Shown in pieces: positions 54,362 to 63,999 of a stretch of 64,000 nucleotides of DNA. A program made the translations under genes and the position numbers. Position 1 is the first letter of the stretch; each line of letters begins with the position of its first letter. Source of the stretch: Fibrobacteria bacterium (lineage in GTDB: Bacteria > Fibrobacterota > Fibrobacteria > UBA11236 > JADFYW01); contig JBNKOC010000028.1 in the NCBI GenBank assembly GCA_050294405.1, positions 32,001-96,000 of the forward strand. The letters are read 5' to 3'. Below the pieces are notes generated by a model. The model saw only the letters and a list, made by a program, of their open reading frames with translations. It ran no database searches and was not told where the DNA came from.

Positions 54362-54418
54362 GCCTTTTTTTAACTAAAAACCCAATATTGTCCATAGTGC
54401 GTAGAATCCTCTTATTAA

Positions 54419-54445
54419 TAATCGGCTCAATTTGGCAAAACTTTA
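54419..54445 (-). promoter_or_regulatory. Sigma-28 promoter of the flgM-like gene
   Basis: Minus strand TAAAGTTT extended -35; TAAA-N15-GCCGATTA. Confidence 0.8.
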
Positions 54446-54557
54446 GTTTTATTTTTAAAAAATCAATTTTCTGCTCCTCCAGCCTCTTCTGACGGCTTTA
54501 TTTTGAGCTGTGTTCTAGTTATTTTTGGCCCAATTATTTCAACAGCTTGGATTTATT

Positions 54558-55880
54558 ATGGGAACAATCGTTTGCAAGTTTGGCGGAAGCAGTGTAGCTT
54601 CGGCGCAGCAGTTTCAAAAAATTAAAGGCATTGTGGAGATGGACCCCAAAAGGCGGGTAGTGGTTTGCTCCGCCCCAGGCAAAAGGGTTTCCGAAGAAGC
54701 CAAAGTAACGGATTTGTTGTTGAGCTGTCATGAACTGGCTTTAAAAAAGCTGAATTTTGACGGCTTATTCGAAGATATTAAAGAGCGTTACACCAGCATC
54801 CATAGGGATTTGGGTCTTGATTTTAATTTAGAACCAGAGTTGGAGCATATTAAAGAGTCTATTAAAATCGGTGAAAGTAAGGATTATGTGGCATCCAGAG
54901 GGGAGTACCTTTGCGCTTTGCTAATGGCCAATTATTTAAAGGCTGAGTTTGTGGATGCTAAAGATTATATTCATTTCGACCATATGGGCCGGGTATCCCC
55001 TGAAACTTATGGGGCTTTGGGAAAAAAACTTTCAGAGGGGGATAAGCTATTTGTTTTGCCCGGCTTTTATGGTGTGGATTCCAGGGGCAGGATAAAAACT
55101 TTTTCCAGGGGCGGTTCAGATATTAGCGGGGCCATTGCGGCCAGAGCCATCCATGCGGAGCTGTATGAAAACTGGACGGATGTATCTGGCCTTTTGATGG
55201 CGGACCCGCGAATTGTGGCAAACCCACTTCCCATGGATCAGGTTACTTACCGTGAAATCAGGGAGTTGGCTTATATGGGCGCCAATGTATTTCACGATGA
55301 AGCTATTGCTCCTGTGAAGGAATTGAAAATTCCCATTCAAATTAAAAACACCAATAAACCCCAAGACAAGGGAACCACCATATTACATGAGTTAGCTCCC
55401 GATGACAGCATAATAGCGGGAATTGCCGGCAAGGAAAAAGCATGTATTTTCCATATTGAAAAGCCTATGATGAATAAGGAAAAAGGTTTTGGCCGCAAAG
55501 TGCTTGGCATTTTTGAATCCCATGATGTTAATTATGAGCACTCTCCCACGGGCATCGACAGCATGAGTGTGGTGGTTTTGCAGGAAGAGTTAAAAGAAAA
55601 CGAGGATGCTATTGTGGAATCCATTACTCGTATTATGCAGCCAGAAAATGTAACCGTGTCATACGATCTTTCCTTGATTGCCATTGTGGGTGAGGGAATG
55701 AACCACCAAGTGGGCGTAGCGGCCAGCGTATTTGATGCCTTAAGGGATAATGAAATAAACGTGCGCATTATTGATCAAGGATCTTCAGAAGTCAATATTA
55801 TTGTGGGCGTGCAGAATAGCGATTACAAAAAGGCCATTAACTGTATTTATGAAAAATTTGTTTCCGTTTCGGCGAATTAA
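54558..55880 (+). CDS. lysC: Aspartate kinase
   Basis: KFGGSS, SAPGK, SRGE, FSRGGSD, WTDVSG, ADPR, two ACT domains. Confidence 0.92.
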   Translation: MGTIVCKFGGSSVASAQQFQKIKGIVEMDPKRRVVVCSAPGKRVSEEAKVTDLLLSCHELALKKLNFDGLFEDIKERYTSIHRDLGLDFNLEPELEHIKESIKIGESKDYVASRGEYLCALLMANYLKAEFVDAKDYIHFDHMGRVSPETYGALGKKLSEGDKLFVLPGFYGVDSRGRIKTFSRGGSDISGAIAARAIHAELYENWTDVSGLLMADPRIVANPLPMDQVTYREIRELAYMGANVFHDEAIAPVKELKIPIQIKNTNKPQDKGTTILHELAPDDSIIAGIAGKEKACIFHIEKPMMNKEKGFGRKVLGIFESHDVNYEHSPTGIDSMSVVVLQEELKENEDAIVESITRIMQPENVTVSYDLSLIAIVGEGMNHQVGVAASVFDALRDNEINVRIIDQGSSEVNIIVGVQNSDYKKAINCIYEKFVSVSAN

Positions 55881-55911
55881 TAACGAATTTTAAAAGCGAA
55901 TTCATATTTCA

Positions 55912-55955
55912 TGTGAGCTGCATCACCAGATTGTAAAAGGGTGATGGAGATCACC
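55912..55955. promoter_or_regulatory. Two tandem CRP-type boxes
   Basis: TGTGA-GCTGCA-TCACC (55912-55927) and GGTGA-TGGAGA-TCACC (55940-55955). Confidence 0.7.
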
Positions 55956-56037
55956 TCTCGTGAATTGAAAAAATTCCATATTTAATTTTAATGTCATTTT
56001 TAATTTTACTACCAAAAGAAATTCATAGGGAGTTTTT

Positions 56038-58815
56038 ATGAAGCACGCCCTCTCCGTACTTATTATCCTCTTTTTTGTGCCATTAACTTCAGCTAAAACC
56101 TATAAGGCCGAAGGTAGAGGTTACACAGAAGAGTCCGCCATCCAAAATGCTCTGAACCAGGCGCTTCAAATGGCAGCTGATGAAATGCTCACAGCAAATA
56201 ATGCCAAAGAAAAAAAAGCGCAAATCCAAAAACAAATAAAAGAAAAAGCCCAAACTTATGTGGCCAATAAAATACTGATATCCAGCGAAAAAGAATTTGG
56301 CCTGGTAAAAGTACTGGTGGCCGCTGAAATCGTTCAAGGGAAACTAAGAAAGGATTTAGCCGCCCAAAAGCTGTTGTATGAAGCCAAAAACAAGCCCCGA
56401 ATTATGATAATGTTGGATGAAAAAAGCTCTGGAGAAGATATGGCAGAAAAAACCGCCAGCCACAAATTCGAAGAAGTCTTGTTACAAAAAGGTTTTAAGC
56501 TTGTAGAACCAGAACAATTTCAAAAAATAAATGAAGCCGAAAAAGCCAGAGCGTTGAATGATAAAGAACTGGCAAGTTTGGGTTTTCGCTTCGGAGCAGA
56601 TTTAATTATTAGAGGGGGGGTAACTGCAGGAAAACCTACCCCAAAAAAAATCTATGGGAAAGACTTTTTCACTGTTCCCGTTCAGTTAAACGCCCATGTC
56701 GTAAAGGCTGACAATGGAGAAATTATTGCTTCTAAAACTAAGCGCGTAAAGAAAAATTCTCAGGAAGAATTTTCCGCTGCCCAATTTGGGTTAGAAAAAG
56801 GCGGAGAAGAATTAGCCAAGGAACTGATGGACGAGCTTTTAGCTTATTGGCAAAGTGAACTGTATGTAAAAAGCAGGGTTGAATTGCAGGCCTTTGGCTT
56901 TGATGTTAATTCCGCCGCGCAATTCCGGGAAAATTTGCAAAAAATTGAATTTGTTGAAGAAGTAAAACTCCGGTTTTTTGAGGGTAAAAATGCTGTTTAC
57001 GATGTGGAGCTCAAAGGTTCAATTCAGGATTTAAGGGAACTTTTTTCAAAGGACAAAATTTTTAATGTATCTATCCATTATATTACAGCCGATAAAATTG
57101 GGGTTAAGAAGGGAAATAATGTTTCGGAAATAAAATTTGAGTATGAGGGTGAAGGACTAAGTATAGAAGAATTCGCCATACAGGAAATCTTTCCTTCCAG
57201 AGTGCGCTACTACGAAAATCATCCTTTGGCAAAAGTGCGGTTTAGTAATTTATCCAATGTGCCTTTGAAAAATGTAAAGGTGAGCGTATACATTCCAAAA
57301 ATTATGGACTTGCCTTCCAATTCAGTGGTTAAGACTATGGCTCCCGGTGAAAATTCCGAAGTGGGCGTGAATTTAATTTTAAACAGTTCCAAATTGTTGT
57401 CTCTTTCCCAAACTCAAACCATGAATGGACAGGTTACTCTTGAATACATTGAAAAAGGAAAAAAGGAAAAACGCCAGCTCACAACCCCAGTAAAGGTCCT
57501 CGATAAAAACGCCATGGATTGGATGGAGCCCGCTTCCTTGGCTTCTTTTATTACCTATCAGGAGCCCACAGTACATAACTTTGCACGGGAGGCCGTATCC
57601 AAACTAAAAGAGTTTGATTTTAATGTGGAAATCAGTTCTGCTATGGCCATATTTGAGGCTCTTAAAGAACATGGTATTAAATATGTAAAAGACCCGAGCG
57701 CCTCTCCGGGTAACAGGGAGTTGGACAGGGTGCAGTTTCCGCATGAAACATTAGAAAGTAAAACCGGGGATTGCGATGATACATCTGTTTTATTTTCCGC
57801 CCTATTAACTGCTGTGGGAATTGAAGCGGCGGTGATTTCGTACCCGGACCATGTATTGGTATGGTTTAATACAGGGGTGTATGCCAAAAATCGCTTGAGT
57901 CTGGGCGCCGACCCCAGGAAAACTATTGTGCACAAGGGCACTATCTGGATTCCGGTGGAAACGACCTTAATATCCAAAGGGTTTACCGAAGCCTGGACAG
58001 TGGCTGCTGAAGAGTTTCAAAAGGCCATTAGTCTGGGAGAACATGTTGCTGTAATTGAATTAAACGAAGCATGGAAGCAATTTGGAGCGGCTGCGCTGGA
58101 TACCAAGGAAAAGTCCTGGAAAATTAAAACCATTGAAAAATCTGTGTTTAGTTCGCAAAAAAAATTAAAAGAAGAAATTATCCAATCCTGGAAAACAGCG
58201 ATTGAAAAAATTGAGAAAAAAGAAAAACCCGATGCCGGTGACTTGAATAAATTGGGCATATTATATGCCAGAGCGGGAAATTACACCAAAGCCCAAAAAA
58301 TTTTCTCCGATATGTTAGCTTATAACAAAATGCCGGAATTTATGAACAACTTAGCTTGCGCCCAGCTTTTAGAAGGAGATGAAAAAAAGGCCCTGTCTAC
58401 TTTTGAAGCGGCACTTAGCAATAAAAAACTTCCGGGGGTGGCTGTAAATAGGGCGCTTACATTTTATGTGGGGGCTCATAATGCCGCCGATTTGGAAAAA
58501 TTTGTTTCCGCATTAAAACAAGCCGAAGAACTTATGCCAAAGGGAACTAAGTTCGACGAATTTATCGGCTTTAATTTAGGAGAGTCCGGAGAAATTCGTT
58601 CGGCTGGAGAACATGAAAAGCAGCAAAAACAAAAAATCAATAAAAGAGAATTAAGAGAACTGATTAAGAAACGCGTATTGTCCAAAAAAATTGAGAAAAA
58701 AATAGGGGCTAAAGAGGGAACTTCTACGGCCTTGCTCCCCTATGGGGGAGTGCGAGGCGCAGATCCGGAGCAAATTGAAAAAATTGTAAACCTGTTGTAT
58801 TGGTACGATATTTAA
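56038..58815 (+). CDS. Exported multidomain protein: FlgT/CsgG-like N-terminus, Ig-like domain, transglutaminase-like cysteine protease domain, TPRs
   Basis: Signal peptide; AEGRG..EESAIQNAL; GADLIIRG; QFPHETL...GDCDD...DHV...WIPVETT; LNKLGILY TPR. Confidence 0.7.
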   Translation: MKHALSVLIILFFVPLTSAKTYKAEGRGYTEESAIQNALNQALQMAADEMLTANNAKEKKAQIQKQIKEKAQTYVANKILISSEKEFGLVKVLVAAEIVQGKLRKDLAAQKLLYEAKNKPRIMIMLDEKSSGEDMAEKTASHKFEEVLLQKGFKLVEPEQFQKINEAEKARALNDKELASLGFRFGADLIIRGGVTAGKPTPKKIYGKDFFTVPVQLNAHVVKADNGEIIASKTKRVKKNSQEEFSAAQFGLEKGGEELAKELMDELLAYWQSELYVKSRVELQAFGFDVNSAAQFRENLQKIEFVEEVKLRFFEGKNAVYDVELKGSIQDLRELFSKDKIFNVSIHYITADKIGVKKGNNVSEIKFEYEGEGLSIEEFAIQEIFPSRVRYYENHPLAKVRFSNLSNVPLKNVKVSVYIPKIMDLPSNSVVKTMAPGENSEVGVNLILNSSKLLSLSQTQTMNGQVTLEYIEKGKKEKRQLTTPVKVLDKNAMDWMEPASLASFITYQEPTVHNFAREAVSKLKEFDFNVEISSAMAIFEALKEHGIKYVKDPSASPGNRELDRVQFPHETLESKTGDCDDTSVLFSALLTAVGIEAAVISYPDHVLVWFNTGVYAKNRLSLGADPRKTIVHKGTIWIPVETTLISKGFTEAWTVAAEEFQKAISLGEHVAVIELNEAWKQFGAAALDTKEKSWKIKTIEKSVFSSQKKLKEEIIQSWKTAIEKIEKKEKPDAGDLNKLGILYARAGNYTKAQKIFSDMLAYNKMPEFMNNLACAQLLEGDEKKALSTFEAALSNKKLPGVAVNRALTFYVGAHNAADLEKFVSALKQAEELMPKGTKFDEFIGFNLGESGEIRSAGEHEKQQKQKINKRELRELIKKRVLSKKIEKKIGAKEGTSTALLPYGGVRGADPEQIEKIVNLLYWYDI

Positions 58816-58847
58816 TTAATACATAACATGGATGCCCCATATCTTAT

Positions 58848-61052
58848 ATGTTACTGACCCTTAAAAAATTCTATAAGGGTTATCAGAAATGGCCCCCGCG
58901 AAAACGCTTAAATACGGGCCTTTTGCTAGCCTGTGCTTTTTCTCTTATTGTTAGCATTGGTCTTTTTTCCACTTCTACATTTAACTCTCTGGAATGGAAA
59001 ATTGCAGATATATACATATCCCAAAAAAAATATAGCCAACCTAATGAAGATATCGTGGTTATAGGAGTAGATGAAAATTTTATCGGCCAATATGGTTGGC
59101 CTTTGGAAAAAAACCTCTATAGCGATTTAATATATTACTTAAGAGAAATGGGGGCAAATGCCATAGCGGTGGACATATTGTTCGACAACCGCCATGGCAA
59201 AATTCCTGAGGATTCCAGCTTTTTACAGGTGGTTTGTGGAACTGAAAATTTAGCCCTCATATACACCACTGTAGAATGGGATAACTCCAACAGACAAGTT
59301 CCTGCCATACTACCAGAAAGTTTTTCAGTTGGAAAAGGGGGGATTCCGGGCTTTAACGTTTCTCAAATTGTGAAACCATACCCGCAAATTTTGGAATGCG
59401 GTCCAAAGCTTGCAAGCCATAATTTGTCTAAACCCTCCAGTGATGGGTATATCCGAATGTTGCCCACCCTAATATCAAGTGGAGGGTATTTATTTCCTTC
59501 TTTGTCGGCTTTATCTGTGGCTCTGCAAAAAAATATCTCTGATTATAAATGGGATAAATCCAAGAGCAGGTTAACTATCGCCGGGAAAACAATACCGGTT
59601 AATGCAAATAGCGAAATGCTTCTCAATTTTAGCCATGAAATTCCATTTTATAACTTGACCGATGTTTATCTGTCGTTTCAGCAATACTTAATGGATGAGA
59701 AAGCAACACTTGGTAAAAATGTCTTTAAGGATAAGTTGGTTTTTATCGGGACATCAGCGAGGCTTTTAGGAGACAACACCCTGGTTCCCGCTCCCTTTTT
59801 ACCTGGAGAAGGCGGCAGCGAAACCCCTAAAGTGTATTTGCACGCTTTGGCCGCCGCCACTATGTTGAGCGAAACCGGAATTAAATATTGGGAACGGCCG
59901 TACAGCGTTTTATTGGGAATTTTGTTAATTGTATTTTGTTTTTTGCTTTTTAATAATGTTTCCATTCGATTTGTGTACATAATTTTGGCGCTGCTATTTG
60001 TTACTGTTTTTGGATTGGCTAACTATTTATACCACATAGGGCATTTCGTTCCCATTGGGGAAGGCCTATTATGCGCTTTTGGGTTTTCCATTTTAGGAAG
60101 CTTAGTGGTGCTGTTTGAAAAGGAAATGGATAGGAACTTTTTATTTGAGTCTTTTAAAACTTATTTGTCTGAAAATTTAATTGAAGAAATGTATAGTAAG
60201 AACATCCGACCCCAACTAGGCGGAGTGGAAGGAATTCGCACGGCTTTTTTCACAGATATTCAGGGCTTTTCCACCTTTTCGGAAGAAATTGGATCCCCCA
60301 CCCGTTTGGTGGAGTTGCTCAATGAATACCTGTCGGAAATGACAGATATATTAATGAAACACGATGGCACTTTGGATAAGTACGAAGGAGATGCCATAAT
60401 CGCTTTTTTTGGAGCGCCCATTGAAATGCCGGATCACGCAGAAAAGGCCTGTCGCGCGGCGTTGGATATGCAGCAAAAACTTTTTGAGTTGCGTCAAAAG
60501 TGGAGAGAGGAAGGGGAGAAGTGGCCTGATATTGTCAAACATATGCGCATGCGCATTGGTATTAATACGGGCGCAATTGTGACAGGTAACATGGGCTCGA
60601 AAATGCGTATGAATTATACCATGATGGGTGATGCGGTAAATTTGGCCGCCCGCTTGGAAAGTATCGCCAAACAATATGGTGTTTATACATTGGTTTCTGA
60701 AGATTGCGCTAAAAGGGTTCGGGCCGAAATTTATTATAGAAAAATAGACAGGATAAAAGTGGTGGGAAAAGCCATTCCGGTAGATGTTTATGAGCTGTTA
60801 GCCTATAAAAAAAATAAAAACGAAAAATTGGAAAAACTAATCCAGCACTTTGAAAAGGCTTACGAATATTATTTTGCCGGGGATTTTAAAAAAGCCCTGG
60901 AAAATTTTAAGATTTGCATTGAACTGGAGCCGGAAAAAGAGCAAGAAAAAAATCCATCTAAAGTTTTAATGGCCCGCTGCGAATTCTTTATAAAAGATGC
61001 TGCTAACATTCCTGAAAATTGGGACGGAGTGTATACGGCAAAGGAAAAATAA
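58848..61052 (+). CDS. CHASE2-domain class III adenylate/guanylate cyclase
   Basis: DIVVIGVDE, WP, IAVDILF, SDGYIR; 3 TM; FTDIQGFS, DKYEGDA, RIGINTG, YTMMGDAVNLAARLE. Confidence 0.93.
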   Translation: MLLTLKKFYKGYQKWPPRKRLNTGLLLACAFSLIVSIGLFSTSTFNSLEWKIADIYISQKKYSQPNEDIVVIGVDENFIGQYGWPLEKNLYSDLIYYLREMGANAIAVDILFDNRHGKIPEDSSFLQVVCGTENLALIYTTVEWDNSNRQVPAILPESFSVGKGGIPGFNVSQIVKPYPQILECGPKLASHNLSKPSSDGYIRMLPTLISSGGYLFPSLSALSVALQKNISDYKWDKSKSRLTIAGKTIPVNANSEMLLNFSHEIPFYNLTDVYLSFQQYLMDEKATLGKNVFKDKLVFIGTSARLLGDNTLVPAPFLPGEGGSETPKVYLHALAAATMLSETGIKYWERPYSVLLGILLIVFCFLLFNNVSIRFVYIILALLFVTVFGLANYLYHIGHFVPIGEGLLCAFGFSILGSLVVLFEKEMDRNFLFESFKTYLSENLIEEMYSKNIRPQLGGVEGIRTAFFTDIQGFSTFSEEIGSPTRLVELLNEYLSEMTDILMKHDGTLDKYEGDAIIAFFGAPIEMPDHAEKACRAALDMQQKLFELRQKWREEGEKWPDIVKHMRMRIGINTGAIVTGNMGSKMRMNYTMMGDAVNLAARLESIAKQYGVYTLVSEDCAKRVRAEIYYRKIDRIKVVGKAIPVDVYELLAYKKNKNEKLEKLIQHFEKAYEYYFAGDFKKALENFKICIELEPEKEQEKNPSKVLMARCEFFIKDAANIPENWDGVYTAKEK

Positions 61053-61065
61053 GGGAGTACATGAA

Positions 61066-62064
61066 ATGATTAAAAATATTTTTAAAGTTAAAAAGCTACT
61101 ATTAAACCTGGTTATTTTGCAAGCAACACTCTCCCCAGGTTTTGCTTTTCAGGAAAAACTGGAAGAAATGCTAACAAGCCTTATGGAACCCTTGGGTAGT
61201 GAAGCTGGAAAAGTCATTGCCGTGATTCCCTTTGAAACAGGCCATAAAGTCAAAGACGATGCAGGTTTATCTGTGGCGGAATATTCTGTAGTGTTCTTTA
61301 AAAACTATCAAAAACATACTGTGGTGGAGCGCACTCAGTTTGCCAAAGTACTAGAGGAAATGGAATTGGCTCAATCGGATTTAGTGGAAGAAAGCAAGCA
61401 AATTGAATTGGGAAAAATGTTATCGGCCAACTGGATATTGGTGGGTTCGGTGACCGAGGCCTTTGGCAAGCGTAACATTACAGCCCGCATGGTTGATGTG
61501 AATACCGCTGAGGTTTTATCCAGCAAGACGGTAGTAGTTGGACCGGAGTCCATGGATAATTTTATGAAAGAATTGCTGGGAGAAAAAGGCCAGGTTTCCG
61601 CAGCCATATTTCGCTCGGCAGTTGTTCCTGGCTGGGGGCAATTTTTTACCAACCATCCCGTTAGGGGCTCTCTGAGTCTGGCTTTATTTCTCGGCGCTGC
61701 GGGAACGGGAGTTTTTTACGGCATACAAAGCGCTTCAGCCCAAAGCGATTACGAAGCCTTTAGTGTGGATGACGAACAGCAAAGGCTTATTGAACAAAAC
61801 TGCGATGGTTTAAGCGGCAATGAATTGGGTGCTTGCGGCAACGAGCAGGAGCCCGTGGCCAGACAAACCAAAAAGGATATGTATAGCGATTATGAAGATG
61901 CCCGTTCTTCTGCCATATTGTGGGGTGTTATTACCGGGGGTGTATACTTGGTCAATCTGGGCGATGCCGCTTTGGCGGGTTTACAGGCTAAGTCTAAATT
62001 TGATTTGTATTTTTCAGCTATTCCGGGAAGGAGTTTAGGAGTCAATCTGGCTTATCAGTTTTAA
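61066..62064 (+). CDS. Exported FlgO/CsgG(TolB-N)-like protein with DUF5683-like C-terminus
   Basis: IAVIPF, VVERTQ..VLEEMEL, LGKMLSA..ILVGSV, ARMVDV.TAEV; RSAVVPGWGQF; GGAG RBS; terminal YQF. Confidence 0.7.
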   Translation: MIKNIFKVKKLLLNLVILQATLSPGFAFQEKLEEMLTSLMEPLGSEAGKVIAVIPFETGHKVKDDAGLSVAEYSVVFFKNYQKHTVVERTQFAKVLEEMELAQSDLVEESKQIELGKMLSANWILVGSVTEAFGKRNITARMVDVNTAEVLSSKTVVVGPESMDNFMKELLGEKGQVSAAIFRSAVVPGWGQFFTNHPVRGSLSLALFLGAAGTGVFYGIQSASAQSDYEAFSVDDEQQRLIEQNCDGLSGNELGACGNEQEPVARQTKKDMYSDYEDARSSAILWGVITGGVYLVNLGDAALAGLQAKSKFDLYFSAIPGRSLGVNLAYQF

Positions 62065-62092
62065 AAACAATCTCGGTAACGGCGACGATGTA

Positions 62093-63103
62093 TTAAGTTG
62101 TGAGGGGCGTTTTTTGAGAGCCCCTGTGTTTTACCGGGTATAATATAATATTACCCAACTTTTGTCCGGATTCTGCGTATACAAAAGCCTCCACAATTTG
62201 TTCCAAATCAAAACTTTTATCTATTAAGGGATTAAATTCTTTTTTTTCTAAAAGCTCGGCGGCCATAGCGAGACTTCTTTTAATGTTAAAGGGAAATGGA
62301 AACAAAACCCTTTGTTTTCTTCTTTTCTTGGAATACAACTTTCCCCATATCGGTAAATAAAGGTTTTCCATTCCCGGCCCAAGTTCTGAGGAAATGTATA
62401 TGCCATCCCCCTTTAAGATTGTCTTGCAAGCGCTAAAATGGCTTTTGCCAACGGCATCAAATACATAGTCAAATTTTTGGGATAACCGGGTAAAATTCTC
62501 CGACTTATAATTTAAAACTTTTTTTGCTCCCAGCTTTTGCACTTTTCCTATGGCTTCTTCAGAAGCGCTGGCCCATACCTCTATTTTAAAATATTCCAAA
62601 ATTTGAATAAGGGCGGATCCTATGGCCCCGGAGCCCCCGTTTACAAATGCCTTTTGGCCATCTTGTAATGAAACCTTGTTGGCCATATTGTAGGCGTAGT
62701 GGAAACCTTCAGCGCTGGCGGCAGCGGCTTCAAATGTAACACTCTCAGGAACAATATGTATAGGTGCATCTTCGCCAATGGCTAAAAATTCAGCATGGCT
62801 GGATAGCCCGTTGTCATTAAAACCAAATAGTTTATCTCCGGCTTTAAATTTTTTCACTTCTGATCCCGTTTCAACTACAACTCCGCTAAAATCTGTGCCT
62901 GTGGTATTTAATTTGGGTTTAAATACACCTGTCATCAAACGCATGATGATAGGCTGAGCCCGTAAAATGGCGCAATCGCTGCGATTCACCGTGGTAGCCT
63001 TTACTTTCACTAAAATTTCATTCGCTTTTAGTATGGGCTTGGATGTTTCCTTTATGGAAAGAACATGAGGCGGCCCGTAATTTTTATGTTCCACCGTTCT
63101 CAT
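62093..63103 (-). CDS. NAD(P)-dependent oxidoreductase, MDR/quinone oxidoreductase-like
   Basis: YGPPHVL, GTDFSG, VNGGSGAIG, FDYVFDAVG. Confidence 0.88.
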   Translation of the reverse strand: MRTVEHKNYGPPHVLSIKETSKPILKANEILVKVKATTVNRSDCAILRAQPIIMRLMTGVFKPKLNTTGTDFSGVVVETGSEVKKFKAGDKLFGFNDNGLSSHAEFLAIGEDAPIHIVPESVTFEAAAASAEGFHYAYNMANKVSLQDGQKAFVNGGSGAIGSALIQILEYFKIEVWASASEEAIGKVQKLGAKKVLNYKSENFTRLSQKFDYVFDAVGKSHFSACKTILKGDGIYISSELGPGMENLYLPIWGKLYSKKRRKQRVLFPFPFNIKRSLAMAAELLEKKEFNPLIDKSFDLEQIVEAFVYAESGQKLGNIILYPVKHRGSQKTPLTT

Positions 63104-63999
63104 TGTTCATTTCCGCCGGATACGTTTACAACTATTTTCCCACAAGCTTTTTGACTTCCCAAATGCCCAAAGGCTTCCACAACATCTTCGAAATCAAATA
63201 GCTTATCCACAAACAATTTTAATTTTCCGCTTTGCAATAAGTCTAATAAGGTTTCGAATCCCCGATTTGGTTTAATTCCCAGGAGCTTTAATTTTTTGGA
63301 TCCAGCTAAAGACAACATGCTTCCCCAGCTCAACACTTCCAGAATCCGGGAAACCGGCCCGCCCACCATTAGGTAACATCCGCCCTTGTGTAATATTTTT
63401 TTATACTGGTTCATGCTGTGGGATGCCGCTAAATCCAGAATCAAATGGTATTTATCTTTCTCCTGAGTGATATTTTGACTCCGGTAATCGATACATATAT
63501 CTGCGCCAGCTTTTTCCATCGCTTCTTTTTTGTGGCCTAAATCCACGGCACTCACACGGGCCCCCTTTAGTTTGGCTAATTGAATGGCCAATAAACCAGA
63601 ACCCCCTCCGGCCCCGTTAATTAAAACGCTGGAATTTTTACGGACTAATAGCTGATTCCAAATACCTTGTAGGGCAATGGCAGCTGATTGAGGAAGACAA
63701 GCGGCCTCTATAAAGCTGAGGGAAGGGGGCTTTAAATGAAGCATGGATTCCGGAACACAAACATATTGCGAAAGGCCTCCCCATTTTCCCATAATATCCC
63801 CAAAAACCTTGTCGCCCGCTTTAAATTGACGGACTTCTTCCCCCACTTGAACGACCTGGCCTGCCACATCAGAACCCAATATTTGTACTTTTGGCCTAAA
63901 CACCCCCCAAGCTCGTGTGTATAAAGGCTTTCCTGTTAAAAATTCCCAATCAGAGGCGTTAAGGGCAACGGCTTTAACTTCAATTAAAACTTCTTTTTT
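63100..63999 (-). CDS. Second MDR-family NAD(P)-dependent oxidoreductase; 5' end outside the window
   Basis: Frame stays open to the edge (EVLIEVKAVALNASDW); GSDVAG, INGAGGGSG, GKIVV. Confidence 0.88.
   Translation of the reverse strand, partial: KKEVLIEVKAVALNASDWEFLTGKPLYTRAWGVFRPKVQILGSDVAGQVVQVGEEVRQFKAGDKVFGDIMGKWGGLSQYVCVPESMLHLKPPSLSFIEAACLPQSAAIALQGIWNQLLVRKNSSVLINGAGGGSGLLAIQLAKLKGARVSAVDLGHKKEAMEKAGADICIDYRSQNITQEKDKYHLILDLAASHSMNQYKKILHKGGCYLMVGGPVSRILEVLSWGSMLSLAGSKKLKLLGIKPNRGFETLLDLLQSGKLKLFVDKLFDFEDVVEAFGHLGSQKACGKIVVNVSGGNEQ

Noticed and set aside
54345..54375. Programmed frameshift joining the upstream ORF to flgM at the A-runs
   Set aside because: The -1 frame is not the flgM frame, and the flgM frame has an in-frame TAG before its ATG
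54254..54557. Lysine riboswitch or attenuator for lysC
   Set aside because: No L-box core motifs seen; the terminator ends about 200 nt before lysC and is better explained by the sigma-28 promoter
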